From assembly GCA_020845635.1 (NCBI GenBank), contig JADLFI010000026.1:3329-67328 (forward strand): a stretch of DNA of 64,000 nt, given 5' to 3'. The notes below the pieces were generated by a model that saw only the letters and a program-made list of their open reading frames with translations, searched no databases and had not been told where the DNA came from. Positions 28,658-39,544 of this stretch are shown piece after piece. The stretch comes from Bacteroidia bacterium (GTDB lineage Bacteria; Bacteroidota; Bacteroidia; UBA4408). A program made the translations under genes and the position numbers. The stretch's first letter is position 1. Each line of letters begins with the position of its first letter.

Positions 28658-29680
28658 TTAGAGTTGTATTTCTTGAATAGATTGACACACCACACTACAC
28701 ATTTCATGAGAAATATCCATATGTGTTACCATACGTATTGATTTTTTTCCAAAAGTAGTGCATAATATATTTTTTCTTTTAAGCGCTTCTACTATTATTT
28801 CAGGGTGCAAGTCGGGTCTTACTTCAAAAATAACAATATTGGTTTCTACAGGAAGCAATTTGTTTACATATTCTACTTTTTCCAAGGCTCTTCCAATTTC
28901 TTGTGCTTTTTCGTGATCTTCTTTTAACCTATTTACATTGTTTTGCAGAGCAAATATACCTGCGGCAGCCAATACTCCAGCCTGTCGCATACCTCCACCA
29001 AATACTTTTCTAACTCTACGCGCGCGGGCAATAAACTCTGTATTGCCCAGCAATATGGAACCTACAGGCGCTCCCAATCCTTTTGATAAACAAATGGAAA
29101 CTGAATCAAATACTTTACCATATTGTTCAGGACTTTCTCCGGTTTCAACTAAAGCATTAAACAAGCGAGCTCCATCCAAATGCAATCTTAAATTATAGTT
29201 TAAGCAAACATCTTTAATATTTTGTATATCAGTAAATTGATAAATGCTGCCTCCGGCTTTGTTTACGGTATTTTCTAAGCAAACTAAACTTGTTTTGGTA
29301 AGCCAGTCAAAGTTTGGATTAATAGCTTCTTCAACTTGTGTGGCATTGATTTGGCCATTATTACCACTCAGCAATCGTACCTGCACACCTGAATTAAAAG
29401 ATATTCCACCCCCTTCGTAATTATAAATGTGTGATAAAGCATCGCAAATTAATTCATCGCCAGGGCTAGTATGAGTTTTAATGGCAATTTGATTGGTCAT
29501 AGTGCCTGACGGACAAAACAAGGCAGCTTCCATGCCAAACATATCGGCTGCGTATTCCTGTAGGCGGTTTACAGTGGGATCTTCATTAAAAACATCATCG
29601 CCCAAAGGAGCATTGTGCATGGCTGCAAGCATTGCTTTTCCGGGCAAGGTTACCGTGTCACTTCTTAAATCTATTATCAT
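28658..29680 (-). CDS. ltaE: Low-specificity L-threonine aldolase
   Basis: MIIDLRSDTVTLPGKAMLAAM…GDDVFNEDPTVNRLQEYAADMFGMEAALFCPSGTMTNQIAIK is the canonical threonine aldolase (beta-eliminating lyase) N-terminus. Confidence 0.85.
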   Translation of the reverse strand: MIIDLRSDTVTLPGKAMLAAMHNAPLGDDVFNEDPTVNRLQEYAADMFGMEAALFCPSGTMTNQIAIKTHTSPGDELICDALSHIYNYEGGGISFNSGVQVRLLSGNNGQINATQVEEAINPNFDWLTKTSLVCLENTVNKAGGSIYQFTDIQNIKDVCLNYNLRLHLDGARLFNALVETGESPEQYGKVFDSVSICLSKGLGAPVGSILLGNTEFIARARRVRKVFGGGMRQAGVLAAAGIFALQNNVNRLKEDHEKAQEIGRALEKVEYVNKLLPVETNIVIFEVRPDLHPEIIVEALKRKNILCTTFGKKSIRMVTHMDISHEMCSVVCQSIQEIQL

Positions 29681-29691
29681 AGGAAATATTA

Positions 29692-30702
29692 TTATCTGCT
29701 TAAACTTTCTTCTTTTTTAATTGATTTTCTTAATACAAAAAAGTCCCAAATACCTATTAAATAACCCAGTCCGTATGAATAATGCAATATAAAAAAGGTT
29801 TTTACTACCTTCAATCGGATATTAATTGAAGGGCTAAGTTTTGAAGCACTTATGTACGCAACTACCCAATACAGCAAAAACACAATCATAAACAGAAACA
29901 ACATTTTTTTACTTAACAATGACAATACAATGCCGCCAAATAAATAGCAAACATATAAAAATGGAATTATTTGCCTAATAGTGGTTACGGTTTGATGCTT
30001 TTTATTTACATAAACTTTCCAATAGCCATATTGGTAGTATTGTTTATATAGTTTTGAGAACGAGCCTCTTACATAATATTTTGAACGAATATCCCGATAT
30101 AAATATATTTTAAACCCATTTTTAATTAGCCTGAAATTAAACTCATCATCTTGATTTCTGATTAATTCTTCATCAAAATAGCCTATCTTATCAAATACTT
30201 CTTTTTTATAGGCTCCAAAAGCAACTGTGTCAACCAAGCCATCTGTTTTTCCGGTTCTGAAATGGGCATTTCCTACACCAAATCCCGATGACATGGCTTT
30301 ACCAATTATTTCGGCTACATCATTCTCGTAAACATTCTCAATAATACCTCCTACACAGCCCAAGTTATCTTCAAATTCAAATGCTTTTATACAATTTTCA
30401 ATATAATCGGGGTAAATTTCGGCATGAGCACCCAATATTATTTTCATGTCTGAATTATCGGCCTTTAATCCTAAGTTTAAAGCAAATGGAGTGCTTTGCC
30501 TTTCGTTGATTAATAAATGAATAAAGGCATGTTTTTGACTATAAGATTCAATTATCTGTATGGTGCCGTCAGTGCTTTTGCCATCACAAACATAAACGTT
30601 CAACTTATTTTTATCATAAGTGCAGTTAATAATAGAATCCAGGCATTTACCTATGTATTTTTCTTCGTTACGGCAGGGAATAACTATGGCAACAGTGTTC
30701 AT
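29692..30702 (-). CDS. Family 2 glycosyltransferase with C-terminal TM segments
   Basis: VAIVIPCRNEEKYIGKCLDSI… matches the GT2 N-terminal DxD-type fold, and there is a later DDEFNFRL motif. Confidence 0.7.
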   Translation of the reverse strand: MNTVAIVIPCRNEEKYIGKCLDSIINCTYDKNKLNVYVCDGKSTDGTIQIIESYSQKHAFIHLLINERQSTPFALNLGLKADNSDMKIILGAHAEIYPDYIENCIKAFEFEDNLGCVGGIIENVYENDVAEIIGKAMSSGFGVGNAHFRTGKTDGLVDTVAFGAYKKEVFDKIGYFDEELIRNQDDEFNFRLIKNGFKIYLYRDIRSKYYVRGSFSKLYKQYYQYGYWKVYVNKKHQTVTTIRQIIPFLYVCYLFGGIVLSLLSKKMLFLFMIVFLLYWVVAYISASKLSPSINIRLKVVKTFFILHYSYGLGYLIGIWDFFVLRKSIKKEESLSR

Positions 30703-31916
30703 GATGCAAAGATAGTTTCTTGGGATTTATTTTTTGAAATACTTAAAAAATAGCTTATAAAAAATGCTATAAACACCACTCCTGCCTGAGTTTCAAACAT
30801 TGATTCGAAAAGTAAATTAAAGCCAATAAGCAAGGCCATCAAAATACCTTCGTGGTTTTGAGTGATATACGATTTGTACAAAAGCGCTCCTAAAACACTT
30901 AACAACAGCACTATACCCGGAAGACCAAGACCTATAAAGGTTTGTAAATATTGGTTGTGGGCGTTCAGATTTTTTTGCGTAAGTTCGTACTCAGAGCTTT
31001 TATTGTATTCTTTTTTTAGGGCTGATTTTATATCGCCCGTACCAACCCCTATCCATAAATTATTGGCTATAATGTGCAAAGAATGTTTCCATATAACTAT
31101 ACGGCTTGATGTGGTGTTTAGCTCAGAATTATCATGATGTTCAATAGTGTTTTTCATTTGTATTAAACGAATAACCGATTTTGGGTAAACAACAAACAAA
31201 ATTAGGCCAGCGGCCACCATTACTGAAACACCAAGAATGGCTTTCTTAACAGATTTTTCAATATATATAACCCTTATTAATACCAATAAATATAGGGTAA
31301 GCATGGCCAAAACTCCACTTTTGCTAGAGGTTAATACAATCAACAAGGTCATAAAAGCAATAGCCACATATTTAAAAATTTTGTTTTTAATAATATTTGG
31401 GTTAAACAGCAACACGGCAATTGAAAAACAAAGATACATGGCAAAATAAGAGGCATGCATAATAACCGAAAACTGAGAATAAAAAAAACTGTCGGAATTA
31501 AATGAAATATAGTAGTGATAAAAAGCATTGATTAAGCATATAATTCCCGCTAAAATACAAGCTACAACAAAACTTTTTAATATTTTATCCTTTATGTAAT
31601 AGAGATTGTCTGCAAAGAAAATAATCGGGAAAAGTACCAATGAAAGTTTCTGTTGTATGTCAAACATTGCGGCCGCCTTATCTTCTGAATATAATATTCC
31701 TATAAGGTGTAACACATACAAACCTGTAGTAATATAGAAAAAAAAATGGTTGTAATTTTTTAGTTTATGCTTCCACCCTCCTTCTAAAATGGCTAATAAA
31801 ACGCTTATTACGATTAGCATTGGAACTATTTTCTTGTTTAAAGGCATAGCAAAAGCAGTAAAAATTATAAAATTATTTTTGATACTGCTTATTTTTATCT
31901 TGTTTTGTAGTGTCAC
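30699..31916 (-). CDS. O-antigen ligase/polymerase-like polytopic membrane protein (Wzy/WaaL superfamily); the annotated GTG start is doubtful
   Basis: About 10 TM helices and a large periplasmic loop near the C-terminal third. The GTG start lies 6 bp from the divergent gene. An internal Met (MPLNKK…, ~aa 24) is a more plausible start. Confidence 0.5.
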   Translation of the reverse strand: MTLQNKIKISSIKNNFIIFTAFAMPLNKKIVPMLIVISVLLAILEGGWKHKLKNYNHFFFYITTGLYVLHLIGILYSEDKAAAMFDIQQKLSLVLFPIIFFADNLYYIKDKILKSFVVACILAGIICLINAFYHYYISFNSDSFFYSQFSVIMHASYFAMYLCFSIAVLLFNPNIIKNKIFKYVAIAFMTLLIVLTSSKSGVLAMLTLYLLVLIRVIYIEKSVKKAILGVSVMVAAGLILFVVYPKSVIRLIQMKNTIEHHDNSELNTTSSRIVIWKHSLHIIANNLWIGVGTGDIKSALKKEYNKSSEYELTQKNLNAHNQYLQTFIGLGLPGIVLLLSVLGALLYKSYITQNHEGILMALLIGFNLLFESMFETQAGVVFIAFFISYFLSISKNKSQETIFAS

Positions 31917-31922
31917 AACAAT

Positions 31923-33218
31923 ATGAAAAACTATAAACTATATATCTATCTTTTTATATTTATTTTTTCGGCAATATATGTATTTAAAAATCAAAATTAT
32001 TCGAAAAGAATAGAAATATTAAACGGATATGTGGTTAATTTCTCGGTAAATCGGGGCGATGATATTGATTTTTATCTTCATCCCCAAAAAAATCATAAGC
32101 AAGGAATAGTATGTATCTATAATATTCATTCACAAATAGTTGATTCATTAATTTTAAATCTTGAAGTTCAAGAAGAAAGCGTTGATACGTTAATGTATCA
32201 GCGTGGCTACAAGTACATACATAAGTTTAAGTATAATACTGCAAAACTTAAAAGTGGTATGTATTTTATAGCCAATGTTGTTCCTTTTATAGTTAAAGAG
32301 CCGGAAATTAAAGAGTCTATTACCGTAGTTTTTCCTTATGCCAATTTCATGGCTCTATCAAACGAAGGAGGCAAAAGTTTTGATAAAGATAACTCAACAC
32401 ACGGTGAGGCAGCTCAAATTTTAAGTTTAAATAAAAGTGTTTGGTTTAGAAACAAGCCTGAGGTATTTTTGCAGTGGTTAGACTCTTTACCTGATTATGG
32501 TGGCAAACTTAATATTATATCTGATTTAGATTTGGAGAATTATTCAAATATTAAAAACTCTAAATTGATAATTTTATATGGATATTCGTCATTTTGGACT
32601 TATCTCCAAAGACAAAACTTTGATCAGTTTTTAGAAAATGGCGGCAATGTGTTAGCCATTTGTTCTAAACTGATGAACAATAAATTTTATTTTAATCGTA
32701 AAGAAAACAGTTTGTATTTTAACCCCCATTTAAACAAAGAACAAAAGCTAGAAATGCAAACGGTAACCGGTATTTGGAATGAAATTTTATTGAATACTTA
32801 TAGTGTTGGGTGCAGTTATGAAATATTGTATGGTGCAAAAAAAATACTCCCAAGCTATCAAGGCTATAAAATTGCAGATAAGAAGCACCCTATTTTTCAT
32901 AATGTAATTGATAGTGTTATTAATATTAATACTGAAGCCTCTAACCTATTTGCTGTAACTGACACTACATTTAGTACCAATAATCCACAATTGGCAGTAG
33001 ATAGCCAACACTTTTATTCTAAACAGTTATTAGCATACGATTATGTTTATGAAAACAACAAACAAGGCTTGTCGGGCATTGCACTTATGCGTAAAACAAA
33101 CAAATCGGGGTATTTATTAGTTATTGGAAATGAAAAATGGTGTTGGCTTCCATATTTTAATCAAACCAATATTAAAAAGGTTACATATAACAGCTTATCA
33201 TACCTTCTCAAATTGTAA
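31923..33218 (+). CDS. Hypothetical protein (N-terminal TM/signal anchor), first gene of the plus-strand polysaccharide operon
   Basis: ORF only. No motif recognised with confidence. Confidence 0.4.
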   Translation: MKNYKLYIYLFIFIFSAIYVFKNQNYSKRIEILNGYVVNFSVNRGDDIDFYLHPQKNHKQGIVCIYNIHSQIVDSLILNLEVQEESVDTLMYQRGYKYIHKFKYNTAKLKSGMYFIANVVPFIVKEPEIKESITVVFPYANFMALSNEGGKSFDKDNSTHGEAAQILSLNKSVWFRNKPEVFLQWLDSLPDYGGKLNIISDLDLENYSNIKNSKLIILYGYSSFWTYLQRQNFDQFLENGGNVLAICSKLMNNKFYFNRKENSLYFNPHLNKEQKLEMQTVTGIWNEILLNTYSVGCSYEILYGAKKILPSYQGYKIADKKHPIFHNVIDSVININTEASNLFAVTDTTFSTNNPQLAVDSQHFYSKQLLAYDYVYENNKQGLSGIALMRKTNKSGYLLVIGNEKWCWLPYFNQTNIKKVTYNSLSYLLKL

Positions 33219-33220
33219 CA

Positions 33221-34492
33221 ATGAGCATCATTACAAAAATAAAAAATAAGATTAACCATAAAAACATGGCAGATTATGTCATTACTTTTGGAGTTGAGTT
33301 TCTTATCCTTGTATTAAGTGTTCTTATTTTTAAGCTGGTTAATATTAGGTTAGATACCGTTTCATTCTCGGAATTTACCGTAAGTAAAAGATTAAATGCC
33401 TTCTTAATTCCTTTATTAATGATTGGTTTAGGAGTCTCATTGCCTAAATTCTTGCCCATATCGTCAGAAAAAAAACAAGTAAGCATTTATTACACTTCTT
33501 TAATTATTATCTGCAGCTTGTTTTTATTTATTACCGTATTATTTTTATTCATTCCAAAGGTATTTTCAGATATAGTCTTTGGTGATTCTTTTCATAAAAG
33601 ATTAATTCTTGCTAATTTGGGTTATGTATTTAGCTTAATGTTTCATTCATGTTTGTACAACTATTTTAGAGGAAAGTTTAATTTTAAGATTTCCGGCTTT
33701 ATGCAAGCCTTTAATTTAGGAATTTTACCTTTTGTATTTATTTTTGTGGCTGGTAGTATTGAACAATACTTTATTTATACAGGCATTTTTACCATAATTT
33801 CATGCATTGTGGTTAGTGTTGTATTTGTGCCTTTAATAAAGTTACAATGGTCGGAAATTAAGGAAAATTTAAATCAAATTGTGGCGTATGGCATACAAAG
33901 AATGCCGGGCGATGTTTTTCTGGGTTTATTTTTAGCCGTTCCTTCATTTATAGGAACCAATTACTTTTCGTTAACTGAAGGTGGGCAAATTGCATTTTGT
34001 TTGAGCTTATTTAATATTACTATTGCCTTTATGTCGCCAATCAATATTATTTTATTACCAAGAGCATCAAAAATTGTTCATGAAAAAGACTATACTCAAC
34101 TAAAAAGTATTACTTTCCAACTTTTAAAAATGTCAACATTGCTAGGTATTTTTAATTTATTGGTAATATTTTTGTTTGCTGATTTTATTATTAAAATATT
34201 TAATGTTTCCGATATTGAAAGTACCTCATATATTCTAAAAATAATATTTACAGGAGTTATCGGTTACAGTATATTTAGTGTAATTAGAAGTATTATTGAT
34301 GCATTTTATAATAAAGCGCGCAACTCTTTCAACATTTTGCTTGCTTTTGCTTTATTTGTATTTATTTTATTTTTACTAAAATATTTTAATGTATTAACCT
34401 TAGCCAATTCATTGATTTCTTTTTCAATTTGTGTGAATTTTTTAGGATTGATTACTTATTTATCTGTATATAAAATTAAAAAGTTAAGTTAA
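33221..34492 (+). CDS. wzx: Oligosaccharide flippase (Wzx / polysaccharide biosynthesis protein, MOP superfamily)
   Basis: 423-aa protein with ~12 TM helices. Its position and hydropathy pattern are typical of PST-family flippases. Confidence 0.55.
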   Translation: MSIITKIKNKINHKNMADYVITFGVEFLILVLSVLIFKLVNIRLDTVSFSEFTVSKRLNAFLIPLLMIGLGVSLPKFLPISSEKKQVSIYYTSLIIICSLFLFITVLFLFIPKVFSDIVFGDSFHKRLILANLGYVFSLMFHSCLYNYFRGKFNFKISGFMQAFNLGILPFVFIFVAGSIEQYFIYTGIFTIISCIVVSVVFVPLIKLQWSEIKENLNQIVAYGIQRMPGDVFLGLFLAVPSFIGTNYFSLTEGGQIAFCLSLFNITIAFMSPINIILLPRASKIVHEKDYTQLKSITFQLLKMSTLLGIFNLLVIFLFADFIIKIFNVSDIESTSYILKIIFTGVIGYSIFSVIRSIIDAFYNKARNSFNILLAFALFVFILFLLKYFNVLTLANSLISFSICVNFLGLITYLSVYKIKKLS

Positions 34493-34494
34493 TT

Positions 34495-35958
34495 ATGTTG
34501 TTTCTGATTACGTATTATAGTATTTTACTTTTTTCATCTGGGGTTATGTTTTATAACACATATAAAATGTGGAAATTGGATCATGACTTTACCTTAGTTA
34601 TCAGCAATATTTTTATATACTATTTTACTTTGGGCGGGGCTTTAATATTTCCGTTAGATGCTTATTTGGGCTTTAAAGGAGCCGAAATAGGTTTGCATTA
34701 TTTACCAATTTTCGAGAAACTTTTTGTGGTTAGCTTTGATTACACATATTTACACTCTACCATACTGTATATAGCTTTTATCTTAATTTTTCAGTATGTT
34801 TATTTATACTTTACACAAAAAAGTAAACATTCACTTGATAATAACGTTATTAAAGAAAATAGTAATAAAGCACGTTTTGAAATAAATCCTTATTTCATTT
34901 TAACATTGAGTGTTACTTTAATATTTATGAGTTTTTATTTTCTAAGACGTGAAATATTATATGCTATTGCCAATGAAAAATCTATCTACTTAATTACACG
35001 TGCCAATACCAACCCTAACTATACACTGCATCAGTTAGCCAACGAATTTTCTGTGATTATTCCTTACATTGCTTTTGCTTTTGCATCTTTAAAAAGCAAT
35101 AAATTTAATATAGGCATTAAGGCTGGAAAATACTCTTTATGGATATTGTTTATAGCTTGTTTAGTGTCCAGCTTATATATTGCCATGTTAGGGAACAGAC
35201 GCGAAATTTTATCGGCAATAATTATTTGTTTATTGATTGCGCTAAACGAAAGAAGCAATTTGTATCCAAAGCGTTTAATTACTATCACTTCCATTGTGGT
35301 GTTCATTTTCTTGGCCAATAATATTTTTCGCTCAACTATTATTCCCGAGGCCATCAACTCTCTTTTACATCCCACTGCCGAACAAGATATAGTTTTGAAA
35401 AAAGATGAGGCAAGCGCTATTGAAAGAGGTGCTCAAATTTCAAAAAGTGCATTAGGCTCTTTTATTTTTAGTAATGAATTGTTTTATGCTCATTTCTCAA
35501 TGTATGGAGTGATTCATAAACAAGTGCCTATTACATACGGTTCAAGTATTAAATATTTGGCTGTTTCTCTTATTCCACGCTCCATTTATAATAATCGCCC
35601 GCCCGATATTTATTCGTATTATGCCAAAGAAGTAGGTGCTGTGCCCGGACAAATATATACTATACATCATGCTACGGCATGGTATTTAAACTTTGGTATT
35701 GCGGGAATTATTATTGGTGCTGTAGTATTGGCCGGCATATTTATTTTCTCCTATCGTATCAGATATATTAAAACTACAGTTGGAGGTAATTTTATGGTTT
35801 TTGTTAAGTTTTTAATGCCTTATTTGGTTTGTGGGCAAATTGTTACCTTTATTACTGCCGGCCCCGAGGCATACAAAGCTATGATAATTGAAGGGGTTAT
35901 TATTCCTATTGTTATTTTAGGCATTTGTACCAAAAAATATAAGCTTAATAATGGGTAG
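34495..35958 (+). CDS. Polytopic membrane protein, possible repeat-unit polymerase (Wzy-like)
   Basis: Many TM helices with one large extracytoplasmic loop. Sits between the flippase and GT4. Confidence 0.35.
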   Translation: MLFLITYYSILLFSSGVMFYNTYKMWKLDHDFTLVISNIFIYYFTLGGALIFPLDAYLGFKGAEIGLHYLPIFEKLFVVSFDYTYLHSTILYIAFILIFQYVYLYFTQKSKHSLDNNVIKENSNKARFEINPYFILTLSVTLIFMSFYFLRREILYAIANEKSIYLITRANTNPNYTLHQLANEFSVIIPYIAFAFASLKSNKFNIGIKAGKYSLWILFIACLVSSLYIAMLGNRREILSAIIICLLIALNERSNLYPKRLITITSIVVFIFLANNIFRSTIIPEAINSLLHPTAEQDIVLKKDEASAIERGAQISKSALGSFIFSNELFYAHFSMYGVIHKQVPITYGSSIKYLAVSLIPRSIYNNRPPDIYSYYAKEVGAVPGQIYTIHHATAWYLNFGIAGIIIGAVVLAGIFIFSYRIRYIKTTVGGNFMVFVKFLMPYLVCGQIVTFITAGPEAYKAMIIEGVIIPIVILGICTKKYKLNNG

Positions 35959-37039
35959 TAATATGATAAAAGTTGTGATATTAGGCGAAAATGGGAGTGT
36001 TCATATACAAAAGTGGATACAAGCACTCGCTTTGCACAAAATACTTGAATTGCATGTTATTTCATTTGATCGTGGAGTAAAATACCCCGAAGTAAAATAT
36101 TATCCATTAAAAATATTTTTTAATAATAAGATAGATTATTTACTAAACGTTAAAAGAGTAAATAAATACATTAAAGAAATAAAGCCAATGTTGGTTCATT
36201 CTCATTACGCCACGAGTTATGGATATTTGGGAATGAAATCTAATTTTCATCCTTTTTTGGTTACCGGCTGGGGCGCTGACATTTTTGATAGTCCTAAGGA
36301 AGCAATAATGCGACAGCTTTTAATTCGTATTTTCAAGAAAGCTGATGCGATTACCGTATTAAGTCGGATAACGCTTAAGGAAATGAAAAAATTAAGTCCT
36401 AAACCTGTAGAGCTTATTCCTTTTGGTGTTGATATTTCAAAGTTTAGAAACATAAAGTCAAAAAACGATAATATAATTCGCATAGGAACCATACGCACAC
36501 TTTCCGAAAAATACGGGGTCGAATATTTAATCAGAGCCTTTGCTATGCTTAGTCATAAATATACGAATATACGGTTAGAGATTGTAGGTGACGGACCTTT
36601 AAAACCAAAGCTAATATCACTTGCTAACGAGCTTAAAGTTAGTGACAAAGTAACTTTTCATGGATATGTAAATCAGAATGCTGATTTTGATAAATACATT
36701 CAAATCCTTTCAAATCTTGATATTTTTGCCATACTTTCTATTTTAGATTCTGAAACCTTTGGAGTAGCTGCTGTTGAAGCCTCAGCATGTAGTATTCCAG
36801 TGGTTGCCACTCATGTTGGCGGCTTGCCCGAAGTGATTGAAAACAATGTAACAGGATTGTTGGTAAAACCTTGTGATGCTGAAGACACTGCACAGGCCTT
36901 AGAGAAGTTAATTAAGGATGAAAATTTGCGAATGCAAATGGGCTCAAATGGTCGTAAAAAAGTAGAAAATGAATACGATTGGGATAAGAATGTAAATAAA
37001 ATGATAAGTATATACCAACAACTTACCAAGCAAACATGA
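35951..37039 (+). CDS. Family 4 (GT-B) glycosyltransferase
   Basis: C-terminal EX7E-type motif FGVAAVEASACSIPVVATHVGGLPEVIENNVTGLLV. Confidence 0.75.
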   Translation: MGSNMIKVVILGENGSVHIQKWIQALALHKILELHVISFDRGVKYPEVKYYPLKIFFNNKIDYLLNVKRVNKYIKEIKPMLVHSHYATSYGYLGMKSNFHPFLVTGWGADIFDSPKEAIMRQLLIRIFKKADAITVLSRITLKEMKKLSPKPVELIPFGVDISKFRNIKSKNDNIIRIGTIRTLSEKYGVEYLIRAFAMLSHKYTNIRLEIVGDGPLKPKLISLANELKVSDKVTFHGYVNQNADFDKYIQILSNLDIFAILSILDSETFGVAAVEASACSIPVVATHVGGLPEVIENNVTGLLVKPCDAEDTAQALEKLIKDENLRMQMGSNGRKKVENEYDWDKNVNKMISIYQQLTKQT

Positions 37040-37569
37040 ATCCTTCATTATTAATTATAGGTGGCGGGAGTCACGGTAAGGTAGTTTACGAAACTGCCAA
37101 AATGCTTAACCAATATAGTATTTTAGGTTTTGCCGATAATAATTTAGCCGTAGGTAGCACTATTATTGATGATGCTAAAGTTTTATGTACTCCTGATAAT
37201 TTTTTTGACCAAAAAATAAAAGCCGATTGTTTTATTGTGGCCATTGGCGACAACAAGCACCGAAATACTTTATACCATAAATATAAAGAACATTTAAAAC
37301 CTGCTACCATATTGCATCCAAGTGCAGTAATCAGTAATTCCGCCAAAATTGGTCCAGGCACTGTAGTTCTTGCTAATGCTGTAATTAATACCATGAGTAC
37401 TATTGGCGAAAACTGTATTATTGGTGTCCTATCATTTATAGACCACGAAAGCCTTATTGACAATCATGTTTATATAAAGCCTATGACTGCCGTAACCAAT
37501 AAGGTACATATTCCGGAACATTTTACAAGTAATGTAGGACAGATTATAACTTCAGCAGTTCAATCATGA
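37036..37569 (+). CDS. Sugar N/O-acetyltransferase, NeuD/PglD-like (left-handed beta-helix)
   Basis: N-terminal LLIIGGGSHGKVVYE Rossmann-like NeuD start. Hexapeptide repeats run through the C-terminal half. Confidence 0.65.
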   Translation: MNPSLLIIGGGSHGKVVYETAKMLNQYSILGFADNNLAVGSTIIDDAKVLCTPDNFFDQKIKADCFIVAIGDNKHRNTLYHKYKEHLKPATILHPSAVISNSAKIGPGTVVLANAVINTMSTIGENCIIGVLSFIDHESLIDNHVYIKPMTAVTNKVHIPEHFTSNVGQIITSAVQS

Positions 37570-38642
37570 TTAAAATTATAACGGTAATAGGCGCGCGACC
37601 TCAATTTATAAAGGCAGCCATGCTGAGCAAAGCCCTACAGAAACGTAGTAAGGTAAATGAAATTATTGTGCATACCGGGCAACATTATGATGATAAAATG
37701 AGTTCAGTTTTTTTTGAAGAACTTAATATGCCGGTGCCGAAGTACAATTTGGAAGTTAACAATTTGTCGCATGGAGCCATGACCGGGCAAATGATGATAA
37801 ATTTAGAGCCTCTTTTACTTTCAGAAAAACCTGATTGGGTTGTAGTTTTTGGTGATACTAATAGTACTCTTGCGGGTGCTTTAACTGCCGTAAAACTTGG
37901 TTTTAAGGTTGCCCACATTGAGGCCGGATTAAGAAGCAATAACTTGAATATGCCTGAGGAAATAAACCGTATTATTACAGATAGAATTTCGCAATTATTG
38001 TTATGTCCTACTTTAAAAGCAATTCATAATTTAAAGCAAGAAGGATTTGATAATTTGACTTGCCGTATGGTTAATACGGGTGATATAATGTATGATGCTG
38101 CCATACACTATAGCACACAGGCTGCAAAAACCAAGAGCTTGTCCAAAAAACTAAACCTATCAAAATATGTATTAGCTACAATACACAGAGCTGAGAATAC
38201 TGATAACATTGAACATTTAATGCGAATTATTGATGCGCTAAATATCATCAATAAGGAAATGAAAGTGCTCATGCCCATACACCCTCGTACTCATCAAATA
38301 ATTCAACAAAATAATATAGTATGCCATTTTGAATTAATAGAGCCGGTTGGCTATATTGATATGTTAGATTTAATTAAAAACTGCACCTTGGTAATGACTG
38401 ATAGTGGTGGCCTACAGAAGGAAGCATACTTTTTTGATAAGTATTGTATTACCCTTAGAAACGAAACTGAATGGACAGAATTATGCGAAAACGGATATAA
38501 CACTTTAACCGGCAGTGATATTCATAAAGTTATAGAAAGTTTTCATCACTACAAAGATAAAAACATAGGAGATAAAAGTATGTTTTACGGTTATGGAAAT
38601 ACAGCCGAGCTAATTGCTGATGAGCTTTTAAAAGATATTTAA
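37566..38642 (+). CDS. wecB: UDP-N-acetylglucosamine 2-epimerase (non-hydrolysing)
   Basis: MIKIITVIGARPQFIKAAMLSKAL…VHTGQHYDD…HIEAGLRS… are canonical WecB/MnaA motifs. Confidence 0.85.
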   Translation: MIKIITVIGARPQFIKAAMLSKALQKRSKVNEIIVHTGQHYDDKMSSVFFEELNMPVPKYNLEVNNLSHGAMTGQMMINLEPLLLSEKPDWVVVFGDTNSTLAGALTAVKLGFKVAHIEAGLRSNNLNMPEEINRIITDRISQLLLCPTLKAIHNLKQEGFDNLTCRMVNTGDIMYDAAIHYSTQAAKTKSLSKKLNLSKYVLATIHRAENTDNIEHLMRIIDALNIINKEMKVLMPIHPRTHQIIQQNNIVCHFELIEPVGYIDMLDLIKNCTLVMTDSGGLQKEAYFFDKYCITLRNETEWTELCENGYNTLTGSDIHKVIESFHHYKDKNIGDKSMFYGYGNTAELIADELLKDI

Positions 38643-39517
38643 TTTTCTATCAACAGTGCTTTCTGTTCAGACGCAAACTTATTTAAGGCATCAATTAAGT
38701 TCTTTGAAACTTTATTAAAGAATCTTTTTGCTTTATAAGCACCTATCCACTGAATACCATTTACGGCATTGGTCATAAAAATTTCATCGGCACGTATTAA
38801 ATCGTTAGGCTTTAGCTCTATTTCATAAACATTAATACGCAATGTCTTAGCCATATCAATAATAATATTTCTCATAACACCATTTACGCACCCTTCAGAA
38901 ATTGAAGGAGTATATAGCACACCATTAATTGAGATAAATAAATTACTGCCGCTGAACTCACAAACATTCAATTTTTCGTTGAGTATTACGGCATCATCTA
39001 AATCGTTATCTAATTTGTATTTACCGGCCAAAACATACAGCAAACTATTACAACTTTTTACGCCACTAAGTATATTGCAAGGTTTTTTTATTTTTTGAAA
39101 TATATCAACTTTAAAACCTTTGCTATTCAATTCAAACCCATTTTTTTGATTGTTTAAAGGCATAACGTCAATAATATACGAACTTGTGTTGTTTTCGGGG
39201 GCATATAAGCCACCTTCATTTCTATATATATTAATCCGAACTTTGCCTTCCTTATCAATCTCATTCTTTTCAATAAGAGATTTTACATTATGTCTAATAA
39301 TATCAATACTAAAATCGTTTGGTAACTGCATCTCTAAAATTTTTGCAGTTTCAACAATACGGTTGAAATGGTGCTGCAAGAAAGGCATCTCATTATCAGT
39401 TATTCTTATGCTTTCAAAAAAACCATCACCATAGCAAAACGAGCGATTGCTTGCATATAATATGGGGGAATCCTTAGAAACGATTTGATTATTGTGGCTA
39501 ACAAATTTACTTGACAT
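38639..39517 (-). CDS. Class IV (fold-type IV) PLP-dependent aminotransferase/lyase-like protein
   Basis: The ~290-aa length and SFCYGDGFFESIRI N-terminal pattern resemble the branched-chain/D-amino-acid aminotransferase fold. The call is weak. Confidence 0.45.
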   Translation of the reverse strand: MSSKFVSHNNQIVSKDSPILYASNRSFCYGDGFFESIRITDNEMPFLQHHFNRIVETAKILEMQLPNDFSIDIIRHNVKSLIEKNEIDKEGKVRINIYRNEGGLYAPENNTSSYIIDVMPLNNQKNGFELNSKGFKVDIFQKIKKPCNILSGVKSCNSLLYVLAGKYKLDNDLDDAVILNEKLNVCEFSGSNLFISINGVLYTPSISEGCVNGVMRNIIIDMAKTLRINVYEIELKPNDLIRADEIFMTNAVNGIQWIGAYKAKRFFNKVSKNLIDALNKFASEQKALLIEN

Positions 39518-39544
39518 ATATATATTAGAAAGTCAACTTCAAAT

